Made by a program: the position numbers and the translations under genes. Below the pieces are notes generated by a model. That model was not told where the DNA came from. It worked only from the letters and a program-made list of their open reading frames with translations, and did no database searches. Positions 12,357 through 27,050 of a DNA stretch of 64,000 nt are shown here, piece after piece. Source of the stretch: Tubulanus polymorphus (taxonomy: Eukaryota > Animalia > Nemertea); contig NC_134029.1 in assembly GCF_964204645.1 (NCBI RefSeq), positions 13,418,850 through 13,482,849 of the forward strand, given 5' to 3'. Positions within the stretch are counted from its first letter, which is position 1. Every line of letters starts with the position of its first letter.

Positions 12357-14288
12357 ATTTGATACCCTGCAGTGTTTATTTAAGGCGATTCGATTTCTAC
12401 CACGTGATAGTAATCGGCGGAGCAACGCGATTTGATCCGTGTTGCTTAAATAAAAACGCCTTAGGAGAGTTAAGGCTATTAGGTGTGATAAGAATGGCTT
12501 GTACCCCATATCTATATATCTGCAGCACGCCCGTATATTATATTATTCTCACGCGGCGCTGCGAGTATGCGGAAGTTATTCCGTGTAGCTTTGGTTTGAT
12601 GGAGGTAAGGTCGTGTAACGACAACCTTCGGTGGTGAAGTAAAAAAAAACAACAGAAAAAAATCCTGTCCGATTAGTGCGTGCTTGGTGCAGAGCCCCGG
12701 CTTGTACCCCATTTCTATATATCTGCAGCATGGCCGCTCAACGGATGGTGAGAATATTATACAAATTTTACTCATTGCGATAGCGACCCATCCATGCTCT
12801 AGAATTCATGTACCTCAGAAATAATCTACAGACTGTCTACGGTTATCGGAGGATGTACTAGGGCCTATATCTCTCGCCCATTGCGGCCAAGAAGGAGAAT
12901 CTATTTTCACGTTGTTTTCATTGGTTTTGAAGATCCGATGCATCGGCAGGGCCGGATTCTAACCTGATGGCTTCGCTACGATCAGCCACGAAATGAACCC
13001 GACCACACTAGACCGAATCAGATTAACCGTTGTATAATCGCTGTGGGGAAAATTTCACGGAAGAACTATGGAAAAACCCGGGCTAAAATTAAAAATGATA
13101 TCATCTAAGCGGCGCGTGTAGATGCGTGCTTAGTCTAGTGGCAGGGTTCCGTACCTTTAATCAGGTTCGAATCATTTCCGGGAGGATGGATCCGACGAGA
13201 CATAAAACAAAATTAGATAGGCCTTTATTTTTTAGGCCTTTATTTGGAGCTAGGCCTACTAGACGTAAATGTGGTAGTAGGCTAAGCTAATACAAATGAT
13301 TTTCCAGGGGCCGAAAGGGATGGAACCCACAGGAAATCTTGTTAAACAGTTTTCGGGTTTAAAAACCCGGAGGTGAAACAAGTTGCATTTCTATATTTAT
13401 TTGGGTAGGAATACACCGTGCACCAATACATCAATAGAATTAATGGAAGAGTAACTTATACCTATATTGACGCCGACCTATAATCCAAGTGAAATTTGTT
13501 TGAAATGCATACAAATGATGATAATTCCTATTTTCCAACTACGTTTTTCACTGTTGCGTGGGTTACTTATGCTTAAATTACTTATCTGGATTCGGTTACG
13601 TTATTTCACTTTCATGTCGGGCTGAGTTTGTAGGATCGAATGGACGACCACCCATTTTAGTTGGTATCGGCATTTTCTACGATACTATCAATGAATTCAA
13701 ATTTATGTTTTCAGATTGCTATCCCTGAACATCGTGTTTAGTAAAAGTTAGTAAACGGAGCTGATTTCACTTTCCCTGATTGGATAATCTCGGAGCAATC
13801 CTCTTTTTGTCTGATGCAGAGACCAACCTCAAGTTCGTCGGGTAAAATTATGAATTAAGGCATTAGAAATAAACGAATGGCGAATCCTTTATCTAGTTCG
13901 GTGTTTGTATTTTCGCCGTGAGATTAATTCGACGAATCGAAGAATACATAAGAAAAATTCTAGCTAACGCATTCAGAGCGCTATGATGCTCACCACATTG
14001 ATTATAGTGTATTAGTAGTCGAATCTGAGAGAAGACATATTTATTGTTAGAAATGAAGTGGATAGATAGTAATCACGACGATCGTTCTCTGTGAAAAAAA
14101 TCCAGAAAATCCTTTGGCTAATTACTTCATCTTGTAATATTAACCCTAGTTAATTACTGTCAATTACTAACTCTGTACTTAGCTTAGGTTTTCGTGTCTC
14201 TGTTTTTAATTTCTTTAATTTAACTCACTTAGTTCCTTTGCTACATTCTTGTATAGATATTATGTCAATCCATTCTGATTCAGTACGC

Positions 14289-14597
14289 CTGATGATGGTT
14301 AATAGTTTTTAGCGGAAACGTCACTCGAGTATATATACATTTCTATTAAAGAACTTTTTGCATTTTTCGCTTAATTATTGTGGAATTTCTCACGTTTATA
14401 TCTACCCCTAGTTTGCCGTTTGCTTGCTTTGTTCTCTGGTTTTTGTTATTTAATTGCTAATATCTGAATCCTTCAATCTTTATTTCTTTGTCTGATTCTT
14501 GTATAAATATTCTGTTATTTCATTTTGTTCTCAGTACTGATTATTTAAGGTTTCGGCTCCACCTGATGATGGCTAATAGTACTTAGCGAAACGTTGC
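14289..14597 (+). ncRNA. Two Penelope-type minimal hammerhead ribozyme motifs in diverged ~274-bp tandem units
   Basis: CTGATGA-stem II-GAAACGT at 14289-14322 and 14563-14595, with similar flanking sequence. Confidence 0.55.
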
Positions 14598-15111
14598 ACT
14601 AAATATATATCTTTTTTTTACCTCGGAACCTTTTATTTTGGGCTGAATTTATAGTGGGATTGCTCTCGTTATGCATGCATGCCCTTAAGTAGTCTTAATT
14701 TTTGAAATTTGAAGCTCGAAAGAGACCCTTTCTCGAAAATCTAAGGCAAAATATTTATCAAATATCCGGAATGTGAAAAAAACTAAATTTGGAACTAAAG
14801 AAATTAGGAATGTGCATGTTTTGAAGATAGCACCGAATAGCTGCTGCTAAGCGCTCATTTAACCCATCTAAAATCGACGATATACCATTACAAGCGCCAA
14901 GTCGAGGGCTACTAAACACTAAACTATCACCACTTTTCTATATATTTGATGAGCCAAGAGCAAAATAATCGTCAAAAATATTACATATTACTATTATTTT
15001 CTCGTCGGGTAAAAAAGTGAAAGTTTGACGGGTAAAATATGAAAGTAAGTTGAAAAGAATGGGTGTTTTGAATATCGAGAACATTCCACATTCTTGAAAA
15101 TGAACTTTGCA

Positions 15112-15365
15112 TGGCATGACTTTTCGTTGTTGCGTCCTAGCAGAGACCAATACATGTATTTTGCTCAATTAATTTTTTATCTTAGGACCTAACTTTTCGT
15201 TTTCGCTCTGCGATTATTCGTTTTTGCGCCATGTGTTTTATGGCATGACTTTTCGTTTTTGCGTCCTAGCAGAGACCAAATACATGTACTATTTGGCTCA
15301 ATGAAGTTTTTATCTTAGGCCTTATTGTTCGTTTTTGCGCTGCGATTATTCGTTTTTGCGCCATG
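15112..15365 (+). repeat. ~130-bp tandem duplication
   Basis: tggcatgacttttcgtt..gcgtcctagcagagaccaa...gcgattattcgtttttgcgccatg occurs twice. Confidence 0.8.
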
Positions 15366-17520
15366 AGTTTCATTTTTAGCAAAAATTAACGTCTCTGCTT
15401 AAAAAAAATCAAATTTAGAGGTACATTCTCTGTCAAATCATATTTGATTTTCCTAATTGTAATTTGCTAGTCACGTATCATTCATTCAAATCAGATTTCT
15501 ATAATAGAATTACTTTGACTACGAACTTCATAATGCAGCCGTCAATGAATTGGATCAATGATTGGATCAATGATGATCAATGATCAATGAATTGGACTAA
15601 TTCGTAATTGCTACGAATTAACTAATAAAGTATGATTTAAGTGTACAATCCGTATAATATCCGTTTTATTAGTTATGTCTCAAACCGTGGACGACTGATG
15701 TAATAAAACCACATTCTAACTAACCGTTGGGGGGGGGGGGAATAACAAGTTCATAACATCCGACCCATTGGACATCATATATACATGAAAAGAAAACCGG
15801 GGTAACTCACGCATATACATAGGCTATGTACTTGAGGGCGATTCAGCAAAGGATTTTGCTTATTGACAAATAATAGCATCTGGACAAAAACTAACTCGAC
15901 CTCACTACTGTAGCCAATCGATTATGTGAAATGAAGCTTGAGATTATGACATTGAAGGATTAACTTGAGTGTTTTCTGGAGTTTTTCATATTTCATACTG
16001 ACCACATAAACCTCGTACAGATGTTAATATACTTTTTTCACTTCAAGTGAATGTTCCCGACAGCTGACAGCTGATGCAGATTACACATAAGGATTTACAT
16101 ATATATTGGACAACGGGACCATGCATTTGTCTACGGAATAAGTGAAATACGGATTATGGAGTACGAATTAGACACAGAATTTTAAAGGGAATAACGTTAC
16201 TTAAAAATGGGACCAATTTATTTATACGGAATAAGCACTTATATACGGTTTAACCGATGCTGTAGTATTTTTTACGGATGAGTTTTGACTATTTTGATCA
16301 GTTTTCCAAAAGCATTCATGAGATGATTTTCCATTTGATAACACTGATCACCAATGAGCATGTTCACAGCTAACAAAATGGCGGAAACTATGTGAAAAAG
16401 TATGTAAGTCAGTCATCTTTAAATCGTCAAACCTCTGATGTGACCTGATGATTTGATAATTCAATTTGAATGCTGTGTTAAATTCAATATTAAGACTAGA
16501 TCAAATTTGATTATGCCCAGGACCAGGATGACTAATAAATTTGAAATAATAAATTCGCCTAAGGTTGTAAAGGCCCCCCCCCAAAAAAAAGAAATCAACT
16601 AGTATATCAGGCATCACATTGTAATAAACTGATATCCCATACTACCCATTTTATGGTTATAACTGATCTTGCATAAGTCAGTTTTAAAAATGTGCTCACA
16701 GAAATGTGTTGAAACTTCAAATACTCTCGTATTTATTTCTTCATACAGTGGGTTTTCCGTCAATTGAACTAAACAGTTACTTGTCTAATGATACCAACTG
16801 ACTGCTTGTTGACATCCACCGGCAACATACCGTGCTGATAAAAAACATTTGATTCTTCGATAAACCAACATCATCAATATCAGAGTGGATCAGATATGCA
16901 CCCCAGGTTATACGTATAATAATGATAATATCCTACATGAAATATAAATGACGAGCAAAACATCACGATTTAATTTTGCATAGGTGATGAAAGCAGTCAA
17001 AATGTCGACGACTCCCCGCGCGCGTCAAAGATGAGATGCTATTAAATTATAAATGATTGGATTTTGGGGAATGACCAAATTTATTTTTGTATACAATATG
17101 TAGATACGTATATCAGTTTGGCAAATTGAACATTCAAAACGCAAGTGTTTCTGACAAACGGTACACTTCAAATTGAATAATCGATTGATATTTTCAGTTA
17201 ACGACTAACACTCAATGGATTATCGACTAGCTTAGACATATAGTAATATGCGACGTGACACAACATACACTAGCACATATATAATGTGTGTGTGTGTTGC
17301 ATGCACTCCAAAAATTATAATTATCATTAATGAAGTACATGCAACGCAATTCCAATCAATCCTAAAATCGATAATTACAAATACATATATATGACAAATT
17401 TCTTAATAACTTAACGGTTATAGGCCTAACGATTCGTTTTTATATATAATTATTACGCTTGTAGCTATATCATCGATTATTTAGCATGCGCAGTTCCCCA
17501 TTGATCCGGCGTCCGTGTCT

Positions 17521-18327
17521 CTAGAGCCTTTGGAACACAAATTCATTGTAATGTTGCCAGCGGTTTTCCTCCGAATCCATACCGGGCTTAAGCTCACCAG
17601 AAGCATTGGTACCCGAACCACATGCACCGCACATCCTAAATCCACTTTCCATCAACATGTCAAATGCCTGTTCGAGAAATGTATGTTTTAGGAAGAAACG
17701 GCTGGTGTAACGGTCCGAAAGACCTCTGTCGGGGTCTCGGCTTTCGTTTAGGGTGTCTCCAAACACCTCCCGACAAAATGATACGCGGCCGCTGACTAGA
17801 ATGCGAGATAACTTCCGAAATTTAACATCTGCCAACCCATCTCTACCAAAGGCAAATGTTCCACGATAGCCTATTATCAGGAAACCAGGTTTACCAATAT
17901 CGGATGTACTTTCATTAATGCTACTGTGTTTCATTTGCAAGAGAGCATTATTTTTATTGGTTTGTTGTGTTCCGTGCCCATATGGTGCGTGGACATTGTA
18001 CGCTGCTTGCACACACTGAATCATCCGGTTTAAACGAAAATATTCAGCCTCACATTTCAGCCGCTCTCGTTCGTGAAAATTTTCCGGAAGAACAAGCTTT
18101 TGGTTGCGAAGATAATCTAAGACATAGCGAAATAACACGCCATCGCGATCTATAAAATATTTTCCCTTTGTGTCCTTTAAAATCATATTCTTTAGTAATC
18201 CAGTGAACATTTGACCTAAAAGTGAATCCGGTTCTCTTGTTAATGTCGACAAGGTTGTAGTGTAAAAAACACCACCAACGTTTAATTCGATTATAGGCGG
18301 AAAACTTTCACTATCAGCGTTGGACAT
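17521..18327 (-). CDS. KCTD16: BTB/POZ (T1) domain protein, KCTD8/12/16 subfamily (GABA-B receptor auxiliary subunit-like), intronless
   Basis: T1 domain: IIELNVGGVFYTTTLSTL, YFIDRDGVLFRYVLDYLR, LKCEAEYFRL. H1 domain: IGYRGTFAFGRDG.ADVKFRKLSRILV...EVFGDTLNESRDPDR...RYTSRFFLKH. The symbol indicates subfamily only, since an invertebrate gene would be co-orthologous to KCTD8/12/16. Confidence 0.93.
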   Translation of the reverse strand: MSNADSESFPPIIELNVGGVFYTTTLSTLTREPDSLLGQMFTGLLKNMILKDTKGKYFIDRDGVLFRYVLDYLRNQKLVLPENFHERERLKCEAEYFRLNRMIQCVQAAYNVHAPYGHGTQQTNKNNALLQMKHSSINESTSDIGKPGFLIIGYRGTFAFGRDGLADVKFRKLSRILVSGRVSFCREVFGDTLNESRDPDRGLSDRYTSRFFLKHTFLEQAFDMLMESGFRMCGACGSGTNASGELKPGMDSEENRWQHYNEFVFQRL

Positions 18328-21300
18328 AATTATCAGTGTCCAGAGATGGTCAGATAAATCCTTGTTCGTTTAGTATAGTTGTATAAATACCAACACGAAT
18401 CTGTGCGATGAAGTGTTTTTATGTACCCGTATCGTTGACGTGTATATCCTTCATTTCAGTTGGTAATGGCCAGAATGATATTTAACCGTATTATAAATCC
18501 CAAAGGAAATCTGCTGTTAACTTGATTTCTGGAAGAAGTACACGCAGCGCATAGCATGCACGTAGCGCGTCCTTGCATCAATGTATAGCTCTGTCTCTGT
18601 ATTCGGCTGTGCAAATAAGCTGCAAACACTACACTCTTCTACCCACCTCGAAATCGATCGTTCGTGATTGCAGAGACTAGCAGTTAGTACGCGAGTAGAA
18701 TGCATCCGTGTGTTAGCGTGTGAGCTGAGAGAGTTGCAGCATGAATACATGGATATCAACGTACGGTACTTGAAAATTGTACTCATTTTCAAACGTAGCC
18801 GTGTCTTTCTAATACCGACTACGTATAATTTTTGTTTGGTAGGAATTGTTGACCCACATTTTTCAGAAATTTATTATATCGTATATTTATGTAGCACGGC
18901 GTCATCGAAAAATTTTCCCTCTAAATGGCATCCCGCTGGAGTGATCTCAACTCAAACATGTGTGAAGACAGCCATTTGTATACTAAGTCTATCCCAGTGG
19001 TTATGACCGCGGCATTTCACTCTAAAAGAGCCAGTATCAACAATAATTTTATTGATACTGACAGCTGTAAATGGTTAAACTAATTTCCAAGTTGAAAGAT
19101 TATATCTAGACGGTATTTCAGGTATTTCAAGCAAAACAACGGCACTCGACACATGTGATAATTCCAGAAACTGCCATTTTGTAGAGTAGAGTGATGGTTA
19201 TAGGCTCGTTGGAAGCAAAAAGTCTTCTATTGTATTAAAGCTGATTTCATGTGAATCGTTTGAGAATTTATGAAATAACGGTCGACTGAAGCGGAGAGGT
19301 GATTATCAGATTGCCACCCTTGTTTCGATAATCATTCGTATGCTTAACACACACGCTCGAAGCTATTTTTAGCACACTCATACGCAATTTCATTAGCCTG
19401 TAATTTCACCACTAATAGGCGAATCAAACGGATTAAGGAAAAATATATTTCGTAATTGGATTTTCTTCATGGTGCGCAAAGCTGAAAGCCGTGGGTTTCA
19501 TATTTTTTTGAGAAATTTACCGAAAAGTTTCAAAAATTCGATTTATTTGAGCACGTTTTTTTTATGCAGCATCTATAACTGTCCAAAATAACACGTGAAA
19601 ATTCAATGCAATTTGCGTTTGGCAAGCCACTGGACCATTGGTCCTTTATCTGTTTATTTTATGATACAGGGATACTGGGGTTGGTCATTGTTACTGGTGA
19701 TTCATTCACTACAATGATGTGACAATCGTGACATGTCCCTGTGAGATTGACGAGGAAAAAAGGGATTTCCTGGACTTTTTTGCTTGGAGTAAGGCTACCA
19801 AACACAGTGGGGGATTCCCTTCGATATTCTGCTCGGATGTACTGGCATAACTGTACTGGGATACCCCTCCTTTCTAATGGTTTGATTATTTCAAAAATTA
19901 GGTTTGGTATGTGGGGCAAAAACCACTTCATAATGCGTAGCAAAGATGCTCGCCTATGAGCCATAAGCAGGATTTCCCTTGAATTTACACGCTTAATATG
20001 AACTAAACTCTACAATTTCTTGTTTTTACTTGCGATATAGAAGATTTTGGAATAGTGGTCTGAGCTCTGATTGATTGATGGATGACCTCATTTCCTTGAC
20101 GAGAGTCGGAATCTTCAGTTGAATCAGGAGGAAGAATTTTTCAGGACACAATGTATAACATGATACTTACTAGCCGAAAACTAGTTCATCAAAACTACAT
20201 CAGTTCCGAAAACAACCATCATGCTTCCCCAAAATGGAAAATTAAATGAATAAATATAGCTGCAAAGCAGCGATAACGGGTTTCTGCCTTGCTGGATAAG
20301 GAGCGCCATCTAGGGGTCAGCTGATAACATGGCTATGTTGATCCACATTGGCTACTACGTGAAAAATTCTAATGATACCAAGGTTAGGGGAAATGACACC
20401 GAGAATAACAAAGATACGGTACTTTTACCGTGCCCAAGTGGCCGGGAATTTGCCGGTTAGCATACTACTGAATTACAATCGAAAAAACTGATGCTAGAAT
20501 GAGTTTTCAACATTAACACCCCCTAGTGGTTAGAATAGGAACTCATTATGTTAGGAATTCGTTGTATCTTGTATCCAGGTATATGTATATAAATTTCCAT
20601 TGAAATCCCTTTATCCGCTTAGTAGATATCAATTAAAATGCATTTCCAGCAACTTGTAGGTGGCGCTCCTAGAGAACCGTATGAGTAACCTACTTAAACC
20701 ATACATCAATACAAGTGTCTTGTAAAGGGCTACTAACCACACATTCAAACAACGATTCCATTGGCAACGGTAAGAGCCTAGGAGCAGAAATCGTTGTTTT
20801 CACGGTCCCCTGGTGGTAGTTGTATGAACTAATAATGCAGGTTGGCATATTACACACATTTCTGTGTACTTATACCAAGTTTTGTGATTTGCATAATAAG
20901 CAGACCGCATTACATGCGAAAAATGGATGCTGAAATGAGTTTTTTAAAATTTACGCCCCCTATTGGTTAAAATAGGAACTAATTATGTAAGGGGTTCTTT
21001 GTATTTAGTAACCAGGTACATGTGTATCAATTTTTATAGAAATCCATCCACACGCTTAGTCGATATAGATGAAAATGCGTTATCGAGCATTTTATAGGTG
21101 GCGCTACTGGAGAACCAAATGAGTTACATGGTTAAACCATACATCAATACAAGCGTCTTGTCAAGGGCTACTGATCACTCATGGCAACCACGATTCTATC
21201 TCCAACGGTTAAGGAGCTAGAAGCAAAAATCTCATTAAAAATTTTTGGTGCCCATTTAAGAGCCCCTAGAGCCCAAACGGTTAATCGCATATCGGGCGTG

Positions 21301-22261
21301 CCACTGACTTTTTTAACCTCCGGGCTGTTATGAACAACTTTCGTGCTCGCCAGAAGCTGAAAAGTCAAACACAGAAATTTTTCTCACACAGTAACTTTTC
21401 GATGTCAGAATTTTCAAAAGTAAAACGCCTCCTGGTGGGTGAACGGGGTCCCCAATCAAAGATCCCTTCGACTTACCTCAAGTTACCTGTGTTCCGTACA
21501 TCTCGCGTAAGTTTCAAGTTAATCCGTTACAAAATAGTCTTGTTACTAGCCGAATTCGAAGTATTAAAGCCTATATACTGATATATGATGCTCTCTTACT
21601 CGTGTATACGACACAAACAAGCTATAAAAATTCCTCAGTTGCGTTCAGTCGAGCAATGTCCTAATTCAACAATCGACTCTTAGAGGAGATAAAAATATCA
21701 CTACTGCTGATGTGTTTACTACAGATCTAGAACAACCCAGCTCTATCAATATAAGGATACACACACAAACACACGTACTTAGGAGGCGCTGTGGGAATAA
21801 GACACGTATACAATACATACACGTATATGGATACTGTTTGAATCGGGCTTAAATTTCGATGTTTAGAGGCTCACAGTGAGTAAACAGTGCAATTCTAATT
21901 AATATTATATACAGTATTTGTCAATGTATTGTATTTGTATTTGTCAGCGTAGTACTTGTGATACAGAATGGTTTCACTGACAGTGAAGGTAAATTGCAGT
22001 TGTTTATATCCTTTCAGTAAGATCCAGTTTCTGCCTTGCTGGATACAATGTCGTACAAGGGTGCGTGCAAACATTTCACCGAAAGGAGCGCCACCTAGGG
22101 GTCAACTTATGACATGGATATGTTGACTTACAAGGGCTACTACGCGCAAAGTACTTATGTACCAAGTTTAGAGGAAATCGAGAATAGCGAAGATACAGTA
22201 TTTTTACCATTCCCTAGTGGCAGTTGTATGAACTAATCTTGGCGGTTTGCGTACTATACTT

Positions 22262-25200
22262 GAAAGGCTGAATCCAAGAACATGTCTATCGCACTTTTGA
22301 GCCCAAACGTCTACTTTTACTTAGTAGCCACTTGAGAACAATAAGCAATTAACGATATCAGCCACTTTTCCAGTAGTATACATTTCAAAACAGTCACTCT
22401 GGAATAGTATTCCTTTCAATTCGGTTGGTTTTCTATAGTGGCTGTTTCGAAGAGTCTACTATTGAAAAGTGACCATTTTGAAACATCTGGTTTCGATAGT
22501 GCACACTAGCAGTAGAGGTGACTGTAAAACCATCCGCCTGTTAACAGTGACTTTGTGATAGTAACTCCTACCATAGCAGCTACTCTCAAAACACATCGTT
22601 TCTAAAAGTCAACTATTGAAAAGTGACCATTTTGAGATCGCTTGCCAGATTCCCTGTTATAAATACACTGTAGCAACATATGCTTCAGATTTGCAGTGAT
22701 ACGTGACAATATAAACATACTGAGAAACTCTACTCACGCTATAGTTTGGGGTATAGTTCTATTAAAGAGTGACTCAGTTGAGATCTGAAGATATTGTAGA
22801 TACTATCTTTGAGGATGTGAAATGTAATGAGCGATTCCCAACTCTCAATTGGAGTTAAATTTGTTTACAAATTGTCAATAGTTATGTAGTTTTAAGATAA
22901 ATCAAAATTTCCTTCTTTTCATGGCGATGTAATTGAATAAAGAATTCAATTTGAACAAATGCAGCTATTTTCAAGCATAGGTCTGCATTTATTTTTGATT
23001 TAAATTGTTAGATTAAAAGCGCAAAAATTCAGGCTAACCTCTCATTATTGAAATGGTGGTTTATCTTTAACGGGGGCCTGGATGTCTTTGCATCTTAAAT
23101 TAAGATGTGCATTTCGGAGTGTTCGAATTTCCCTGAATTCTAATTTGGCGAAATCATTGATTTTTTTCAAACAAAATATGCTATATCCATGTGGATTTTT
23201 AACATTCTAAAGAAATCATCTAAATTGTGCCCATATTTGATCGAATTCAATAGAAGAAACTTTGTATGGTATTCAAGATTTCATTTGGATTACGGTAACG
23301 GCCTTTGGTGATCGTCCCTGGAGTCATGAATGAAGAAATCCCGTAATAGAATTTTAAATATGATAAAATTTGTTAAGGTGAAACCGCAGCGTTTTGACTG
23401 TAGACTAACAGCCATCATCAGGTGGAATGTAGACATTCCTAGTGATAAGGGCTTTTAGTAAGATGGCTGTCAGTCAACAGCTGAAACGTTGTGGTTTAAC
23501 TATAATAAATTTCATGATACAAAATTCTATTGTGGAATTTCTTCATTTGTCTACAGTTAACACGCTTTAGAGTATTTTATTCGACTTCTTCGGGTCCTGT
23601 AGCCGTTTAGATCGAAAATTATTTACTAATCGGCAAAGAAGGGATATAAAACCGTGTTGGTCGCTAGAAGAGGGATTCCCTGTATATCTGCACCTTAAAC
23701 CGGTACCTTTGTTAGTTCTAGCTCACATTCACTTCCAAATTCAAGTATTGGTAACGTTGGTTTACGATAATTTGAGAAAAAGAGTTTAGTTGGAGAAAAC
23801 TGATAATTCAGTTAATGAGTTAACTGATAATCTTATAATTCAGCGATCATTGGTTCATCGATTCAGCGAAGTTCAAACACCGTACATTTTGGCTTGTTAT
23901 TGTATTGGCACCTTGAAATAAAGTTTCATAGAAATATTGCGGTGCTAAGTTTATCAATATTAAGAGGTAATTACTTTTGGTTTGTGGTCTTTTGGTGGCC
24001 AATGCAGTTTGTTCATTCGTTCATCAATCACTGTCTAGTTAGCCAGTGTAATTGACCTGCTGACCGATAGCTGCTGCTGGGTTTTTGATAACCTATATAA
24101 ACAATTTACTCAACAAAAAGGGAAAGTATGTGAAACTAGAATTACAGCATATTGCATTTCTTTCACATCTTAAGCCAAAAGAAGTTTTCTCTATCAAATG
24201 AAATTGCTGATATTGCAGCATATTGCTGACAAAATTACGTGAACATCTCAACACTGCACTTTTATACGCTAATCGTTTGATCTTTTATAATAAGTTGGTA
24301 ATTTCATTTCAACCAAACTGTATAACTACGAAATAAGATTTTGATTATGGTATCATTTCTAGCAAGCGATAAAATGATTCAATATTCATTAACGAACAAG
24401 CAGAGAACAGCGTGACAAAGTGAAAATCACATGGATTATTTAAAAATCGTTTGTATCGAAATAAACAATTAATTCAAGGTTAATTCTAAGTATTTTAGAT
24501 ACATTTTTTTCGTAATTCATTTTTTGAACATATGATTTTATTTGTATATTCCTCTCTCATATACCCTTAAAAACAAATTAAGCCTAAAAGACAAATTTAT
24601 TTTTTTGTCTTGTCTTTCTTTTCTACAAAATCAAAGATTTATGAACGCACCAGAATGTTTTATAATCGCAAATGTAAAGAATTCTAGGACTGGCACTATA
24701 TTTTAGTATTAATGGATTTAATCCATGATGATGTTATATGAATGAATAATTTTCCATTTTGTTGAGCGTAATATAATTTAGGGGATTCTTAGCATCTCAA
24801 AAACTTTGATTTTCTATTCACAGAACTGTATTCAAAGCATACAGAGTTCTGTACACAAAGCATATAGGGTTTAGCAGTACCTTTGAACCTGTCACGTATC
24901 ACTGCAAATCTTTAACAGATGCTGCTATTTTGAACAGGAAATAACCATGCCATCTCAAAATGGTCACTTTTCAATAGTTGACTTTTAGAAACGATGTGTT
25001 TTGAGAGTAGCTGATGGTAAGAGTTACTATCACAAAGTCACTGTTAACAGGCGGGTGGTTTTACAGTCACCTCTACTGCTTGTGTGCACTATCGAAACCA
25101 GATGTTTCAAAATGGTCACTTTTCAATAATAGACTCTTCGAAACAGCCACTATAGAAAACCAACTAAATTGAAAGGATTACTATTTCAGAGTGACTGTTT

Positions 25201-25326
25201 TGAAATGTATACTACTGGAAAAGTAGCTGATATCGTTAATTGCTTATTGTTCTCAAGTGGCTACTAAGTAAAAGTAGACGTTTGGGCTCAAAAGTGAGAT
25301 AGACATGTTCTTGGATTCAGCCTTTC
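22262..25326. mobile_element. Non-autonomous long-TIR DNA transposon (Sola-like?) nested in the HINE
   Basis: ~380-450-bp TIRs gaaaggctgaatccaagaacatgtct... / ...agacatgttcttggattcagcctttc, with 4-bp TSD ACTT (22258-22261, 25327-25330). Superfamily is inferred only from TSD length and long TIRs. Confidence 0.8.
23329..23550. mobile_element. Inverted pair of Penelope-like pLTR remnants with degenerate hammerhead cores
   Basis: Minus-strand ccacctgatgatggctgttagtctacagtcaaaacg (~23390-23425) faces plus-strand gatggctgtcagtcaacagctgaaacgttg (~23462-23490); the flanks are mutually inverted. Confidence 0.5.
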
Positions 25327-26958
25327 ACTTATGTATATGTACTCACACCAGGTTTTTGTTTAGGTCTATCATAAAATGACTGAATTACACGTAAGGAAAC
25401 GGATGTTAGAATGAGTTTTCGAAATGTACGCCCCCTACTGGTTAGAACAGGAACTTATTATGTGAGGGGTTCGTTGTACCTCATATCCAGGTATACGTGT
25501 ATCAATTTTTATAGAAATCCCTTTATCCGCTTAGTAGATATGAATAAAAATGTATTTCCAGCAAAATGTAGGTGGCGCTCCTGAAGAACCATATAAGTTA
25601 CCTACTTAAACCATACATCACTTCAAGTATCTTGAAAAGGGCTGCTAACCAACATTGCAACCTCGATTCTATCGCCAACGGTTAAGGACCTAGGAGCAAA
25701 AATCGTTGTTTTCACAGTCCCCTGGTGGCAGTTGTATGAACTATTTATGCAGGATGGCATATCACACACATGTCTTTGTACTTATACCAAGTTTTGTTAT
25801 ACGAATAATAAACAGACCGCATTACATACGAAGTATGGATGCTGAAATCGATTTTTCAAAATTTACGCCCCCTAGTGGTTAAAACAGGAACTAATCATGT
25901 GAGGAGTTCATTGCATTTACTAACCAGGTACATGTGTATCAACTTTTATAGAAATCCAATGATACCCGATATAGATGAAAATGTGTTTTCCTGCGTCTTA
26001 TAGGTGGCGCTACTGGAGAATCATATGAGTTACATAAATATACCATACATCAATACAAGCGTCTTGTCAAGGGCTACTGATCACTCGTTGCAACCACAAT
26101 TCTATCTCCACCGGTTAAGGTGCTAGGAGCAAAAATCTCTTTGAAAAATTTGGGGTCCCATTTTCGAGCCCGTAGAGCCCAAACCGTTAATCGCAGATAG
26201 GGCATGCCAATGACTTTTTTTTAGCCCCGGGCAGTCATGAACAACTTTCGTGCTCGGCCAAAGCTGAAAACTCAAAGACAAAAATTTTTCTCACACAGTA
26301 ACTTTTCGATGTCTGAATTTTCAAAAGTAAAACGCCCCTGGTGGGTGAACGGGGTCCCCAATCAAAGATCCCTTCGACTTACCTCAAGGTACCTGTGTTC
26401 CGTACATCTCACGTAAGTTTTAAGTAAATCCGTTGCGCAATATTCTTGTTACTAGCCCAATTCGAAGTATTAAAGCCTATATATGATGCTATCTATCTTG
26501 TGTTGCCGAATTCGAAGCTATATATGATGCCCTCTTACTTGTGCATACGACACAAACAAGCTATAAAAATTCCTCAGTTGCTTTCAGTCGAGCAATGTCC
26601 TAATTCAACAATCGACTCTAAGAGGAGGTAAAAATATCACTACTGCTTATGTATTTACTTCAAAACTAGAACAACCCAGCTCTATCAATATAAGGATACA
26701 CACACAAACACACGTACTTAGGAGTCGCTGTGGGAATAAGACACTTTTACAATACATATACGTATATGGAAACTGTTTGAATCGGGCTTAAATTTCGATG
26801 TTTAGAGGCTCACAGTGAGTAAACAGTGCAATTCTAATTAATATTATATACAGTATTTGTCAATGCAGCGTAGTACTTGTGATACAGAATGGTTTCACCG
26901 ACAGTGAAAGTAAATTGCAGTTGTTTATATCCTTTCAGTAAGATCCAGTGTGAAAAAG

Positions 26959-26973
26959 AATATAATAATAATG

Positions 26974-27050
<77 letters not shown>

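Noticed and set aside
19659-19964. Overlapping ORFs on both strands
   Set aside because: No recognisable domain; short ORFs are expected by chance.
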